A DNA stretch of 64,000 nucleotides, taken from NCBI GenBank assembly GCA_963758525.1, contig CAVWVQ010000003.1, positions 2,496,001 through 2,560,000 on the forward strand, read 5' to 3'. The position numbers were made by a program, and so were the translations under genes. Positions 60,757-64,000 of this stretch are shown here, in pieces (within the stretch, counting starts at the first letter, position 1; each line of letters opens with the position of its first letter). The notes below the pieces were generated by a model that searched no databases, was not told the origin of the DNA, and saw only the letters and a program-made list of their open reading frames with translations. This stretch comes from an uncultured Phycisphaerales bacterium (GTDB taxonomy: Bacteria > Planctomycetota > Phycisphaerae > Tepidisphaerales > Tepidisphaeraceae).

Positions 60757-61287
60757 TCAAGTGGAGGGATTGACCTGCTCCAGATCGAGGGTGTAAACCG
60801 ATTTGATGATTCCCGCTTCCTTCGCGACCTTCACGTGCAGCGTTCCCACCACGCGAACCAGATCCGAGTAATACGGCACCGCGCCCTTCGGCGCATTGAC
60901 AAAAACCCGTTCCTGCACCAGCGGCGGCCCGTTAAAACAGCACTTGCTGATGTTATAGACAAACTGGAAATCACTCACCTGATAGCCAGCGGCATTGGGC
61001 GCGTACATGAATCCTTCCAGCAGAACGCGCTTGCCGTCCAGATCGCGCCATCGCGAGGGAATGTCGGTCAGGGACCCGTTGCTGCCGTCCAGCGGAAAGT
61101 TACCGAGCGCCTTGAGATCGACCTCGGAGTAGTCGCCGTGCCGCTGAATTCCGCCGGTGAGTGTCTGGTTCACAAAAACGTAGGCAAACCAGCAGAATGG
61201 GAATGAGACAATCGCCAAAAAGATGATCAAGCGGGCGCTGATGGCGCCGCGTCGACGCGAATATAGTTGGGAACCTTCGCTATTCAT
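60757..61287 (-). CDS. DUF3299-like OB-fold protein, paralog 2 (N-terminal TM)
   Basis: RRRGAISARLIIFLAIVS TM; LDGKRVLLEGFM, CCFNGPP, VRVVGTLHV, SVYTL. Confidence 0.75.
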   Translation of the reverse strand: MNSEGSQLYSRRRGAISARLIIFLAIVSFPFCWFAYVFVNQTLTGGIQRHGDYSEVDLKALGNFPLDGSNGSLTDIPSRWRDLDGKRVLLEGFMYAPNAAGYQVSDFQFVYNISKCCFNGPPLVQERVFVNAPKGAVPYYSDLVRVVGTLHVKVAKEAGIIKSVYTLDLEQVNPST

Positions 61288-61332
61288 GTTGTTTTCCGGG
61301 ACGAACCAAAAACCGCCTGCCCGGGTCACGTC

Positions 61333-62052
61333 TTACTTGGGAGCGGGGCGCACGCTCGTGCATTCCAGTTCGAAGATGCTGACGATAAAACCGTCGTCCT
61401 TCTTCTCTTCCACTTTGAGGTTTCCCTCGACGATGATTTCATCCTGATAATAGTTTACGGCTTTGCCCTTCGGGCAGTTCACCACCACAGTGTGCTGAAT
61501 CTGCGGCGGCTGGCCGAAACAGCAACTGAAGAGGCTCGGGACCAGGGCAAACTGAGAGATGTTTTCCGCCTGATCCATCGGAATCATGTAGCCGCGCAAA
61601 CGCAGCTTCGAGCCCGTCAGGGCCTTCACGTCGGCGGGAATGTTGCCGCCCTTTTCCTGGTCATAGTCGAAGTTGCCAAGCTCTTTGATCGCCAGTTCGA
61701 GAACCTGGCCCGGCGCCGGCACCTTGTGCGGCTTGCGTGTCTCGGCGGATGACGCAACCGTCGATTGCGCCGGTGCCAGGGCCGTCACTCCGTTGGCGAT
61801 GTTCTTTTCACAGACGCGAATCTCTTCCTGCAGCGAACCAACCCGTTGCGGATCGGTCGTTTGCGCCGCCGCCACCTGCTTCAGCAACGGGAGGGCGATC
61901 GTATATTGCCCCTCGTTGAAGGCGGCCGTCGCCCGCACGTCCAGGGGAATATTCGAACCCAACACCGCCCCGGCCGGCTGGGTCGTCTGCGCGATGGCAG
62001 CGCCGCAAGTCAACAACACTCCCGCCAAGGTTATCAAAACTCGATTTCGCAT
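61333..62052 (-). CDS. DUF3299-like OB-fold protein, paralog 1 (signal peptide, TPR-like hairpin)
   Basis: Signal peptide ending AIA-Q; ATAAFNEGQYTIALPLLK; LTGSKLRLRGYMIP, FALVPSLFSCCFGQPP, IIVEGNLKV. Confidence 0.8.
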   Translation of the reverse strand: MRNRVLITLAGVLLTCGAAIAQTTQPAGAVLGSNIPLDVRATAAFNEGQYTIALPLLKQVAAAQTTDPQRVGSLQEEIRVCEKNIANGVTALAPAQSTVASSAETRKPHKVPAPGQVLELAIKELGNFDYDQEKGGNIPADVKALTGSKLRLRGYMIPMDQAENISQFALVPSLFSCCFGQPPQIQHTVVVNCPKGKAVNYYQDEIIVEGNLKVEEKKDDGFIVSIFELECTSVRPAPK

Positions 62053-62177
62053 GAGCATCACCTTCGCTTCATCATCATACACTCCCATGCGTAACGAAGG
62101 TTTCGCGGGAAAGTGCAGGGGACCACCGATATTACCACTGCATCATCGGAATTGTTCATCAGCGCCATGCGGTTCGG

Positions 62178-64000
62178 CTATTTGCCGCGCGTAAAGTATT
62201 CCGCTTCAAGCGCTTCCAGCTTTTCAGAAAGTGTTTTGTACTGCTTTTGAAGTTTTTGACCACGCGACGGATTTTTCGCCGCCTCCGGGCCGCCGAATTG
62301 CCCCTGGCATTCCGCCAACGACGTTTCGGTCTCGGTAATCTGCTGTTCCAACTCTGCCACCGTCAGCTTGCCGAAGGGGCGCAGATAGGGATTGTCCTTC
62401 GCCGGCTCGCTCTTCTTCGGCTGGTTCTGCTGGTGCTGCTTCGGACGAGGGGCAACGCGAGCAGGCTGAGGCGCGGCCTCGACGACCGTGGCGCGATGCA
62501 CCCACTGCGTATAGTTGCCGGCAAAATCGCGCATGCCCGGCGGGTCGAGCACAAAGAGCCGCTGCGCGAACTTGTCGAGAAAAAATCGATCGTGACTGAC
62601 GCAGAAGACCGTTCCGGGGTAGTCCTTCAGCGCGGATTCCAGCGCCTCGCACGAGGGGATATCCAGATGATTCGTCGGCTCATCCAGCAGCAGCACGTTT
62701 GGCTGATCCAGCAGCAGTTGCGCCAGCCGCAGCCGCGCCCGCTCCCCGCCGCTGAGCAGGCCGACAAGCTTGTCGACGTCGTCGCCGCGAAACAGCATCA
62801 GTGCCAGCGCATCGCGAAGCTGCTTGTCGCTGACTCCCGAGCGGTCGATGGCAATCTCCTCCATCAGCGTGTTTTCAGGATCGAAGTCGTCCAGCTTTTG
62901 ATCGTAATATCCGATCGCCAGATTCGCGCCCCATTTGATGTCGCCGCCGTCGGCATCAGACTGGCCGATGAGTGTCGTGAAGAGCGTCGTTTTGCCCGAG
63001 CCATTGGGCCCGATGATCCCCACGCGCTCGCCCCGGCGAATATCGAACTGCAGGTCGAGCCAAAGCTGATTGGTTCCGAAGGATTTTGACAATTCGCGCA
63101 CTCTCAGCACCTGGTCCCCGGCGCGCTTATCCGTGTCAAGCGACAGATGAATCTTGCTGGTCGTCGCCACGGCCGAGATCATCTGATCGCTGACCAGCAG
63201 ACGATTCAGCCGCTTCTCACGCCCCTTGGCTTCCTTGCTGCGCTGGCCCGCGCCGAATCGGCGGACGAACTCTTTCTGCTTGTCAATATCCGCCTGCTGC
63301 TTGTCGTACGCCCGCTGCTGCGTCAGTTCCTGCATCGCGCGCTGCTCGACAAACGCGGAGTAATTGCCCGGATAACTGCGGATGCGCGACTCGGTAAGCC
63401 AGATGATCCGCGTCGCCAGCCGATCGAGCAGATACCGATCATGGCTGATGACCACCACCGCGCCGCTGAACGACGCGAGATATTTCTCCAGCCATTCGAT
63501 CGCCGCCAGATCGAGGTGATTCGTCGGCTCATCCAGCAGCAGCAAATCCGGCTCAGCAATCAGCAGCTTGGCCAGCGCCAATCGCGAGCGCTGCCCGCCC
63601 GACAGCGTCGGCACTCCCTGTTCCCATGTCTTTTCAACCAGCCCCACGCCCAGCAGCGTCGCCTCGAGTTTGTGCCGCCAGGCGTATCCGCCGCCGGTTT
63701 CAAAATCGTGTTGAACGTTCTGGTATTTTTCCAGGATTTTATCGAGCGCCTCCCCGGTCTGGACGGCCATCTCATGTTCCAGCCCCCGCATTTTGTGCGA
63801 GAGGTCATGGAGCTGCGAAAACGCCAGCTCCGCTTCGTCCATCACCGTGTTGGACTGATCGAAAACCGGATCCTGCGTGAGGTAGCCGACCTTGACGCTC
63901 TTGGCGACCGCCACGATCCCGGCGTCTGCCGTCACCTGCCCGACGAGCATCTTGAAGAGCGTGGTTTTCCCGCTGCCGTTGGCTCCGACAAACCCCAGCC
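62178..64000 (-). CDS. ABC-F family ATPase (5' end outside the window)
   Basis: Two NBDs (GANGSGKTT at the window edge, LSGGQRSR, LLDEPTNHLD; GPNGSGKTT, LSGGERAR), no TM segments, C-terminal coiled coil. Confidence 0.94.
   Translation of the reverse strand, partial: LGFVGANGSGKTTLFKMLVGQVTADAGIVAVAKSVKVGYLTQDPVFDQSNTVMDEAELAFSQLHDLSHKMRGLEHEMAVQTGEALDKILEKYQNVQHDFETGGGYAWRHKLEATLLGVGLVEKTWEQGVPTLSGGQRSRLALAKLLIAEPDLLLLDEPTNHLDLAAIEWLEKYLASFSGAVVVISHDRYLLDRLATRIIWLTESRIRSYPGNYSAFVEQRAMQELTQQRAYDKQQADIDKQKEFVRRFGAGQRSKEAKGREKRLNRLLVSDQMISAVATTSKIHLSLDTDKRAGDQVLRVRELSKSFGTNQLWLDLQFDIRRGERVGIIGPNGSGKTTLFTTLIGQSDADGGDIKWGANLAIGYYDQKLDDFDPENTLMEEIAIDRSGVSDKQLRDALALMLFRGDDVDKLVGLLSGGERARLRLAQLLLDQPNVLLLDEPTNHLDIPSCEALESALKDYPGTVFCVSHDRFFLDKFAQRLFVLDPPGMRDFAGNYTQWVHRATVVEAAPQPARVAPRPKQHQQNQPKKSEPAKDNPYLRPFGKLTVAELEQQITETETSLAECQGQFGGPEAAKNPSRGQKLQKQYKTLSEKLEALEAEYFTRGK

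Noticed and set aside
1..64000. tRNA, rRNA, prophage or integrase genes
   Set aside because: No cloverleaf or rRNA-like sequence, phage structural gene or recombinase was recognised by eye.

Overview
GC-rich bacterial chromosome segment. Gene content and repeat families suggest Planctomycetota, possibly Phycisphaerae/Tepidisphaerales (inference). Most of it is housekeeping: ppdK (partial), suhB-like IMPase, sucD, a MarR-RND-MFP efflux operon, plsY, nadA, a beta-barrel porin, a detached nuoGHI module, a GT3-type glycogen synthase, gatB, NDH-2, icd, ymdB, lipA, a YyaL-like protein, a hybrid histidine kinase, mltA, an SDR and a partial ABC-F. It also holds a Tad/Flp pilus locus with two short pilins missed by the ORF track. 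Accessory elements: a Phd/RelE-ParE pair, a degenerate HicBA, a HEPN gene paired with an apparently catalytically dead MNT-fold partner, a stand-alone JAB-type toxin remnant with an NTF2-fold immunity gene, a RAYT transposase with REP copies, a divergent lipase-3/membrane patatin pair and a triad of vicinal-Cys DUF3299-like genes. Intergenic palindromes built from 7-8 bp units recur, and one composite copy sits in frame inside nadA. Several core genes look leaderless. At least eight single-base deletions, mostly in short homopolymer runs, break otherwise intact genes and probably reflect sequencing error.
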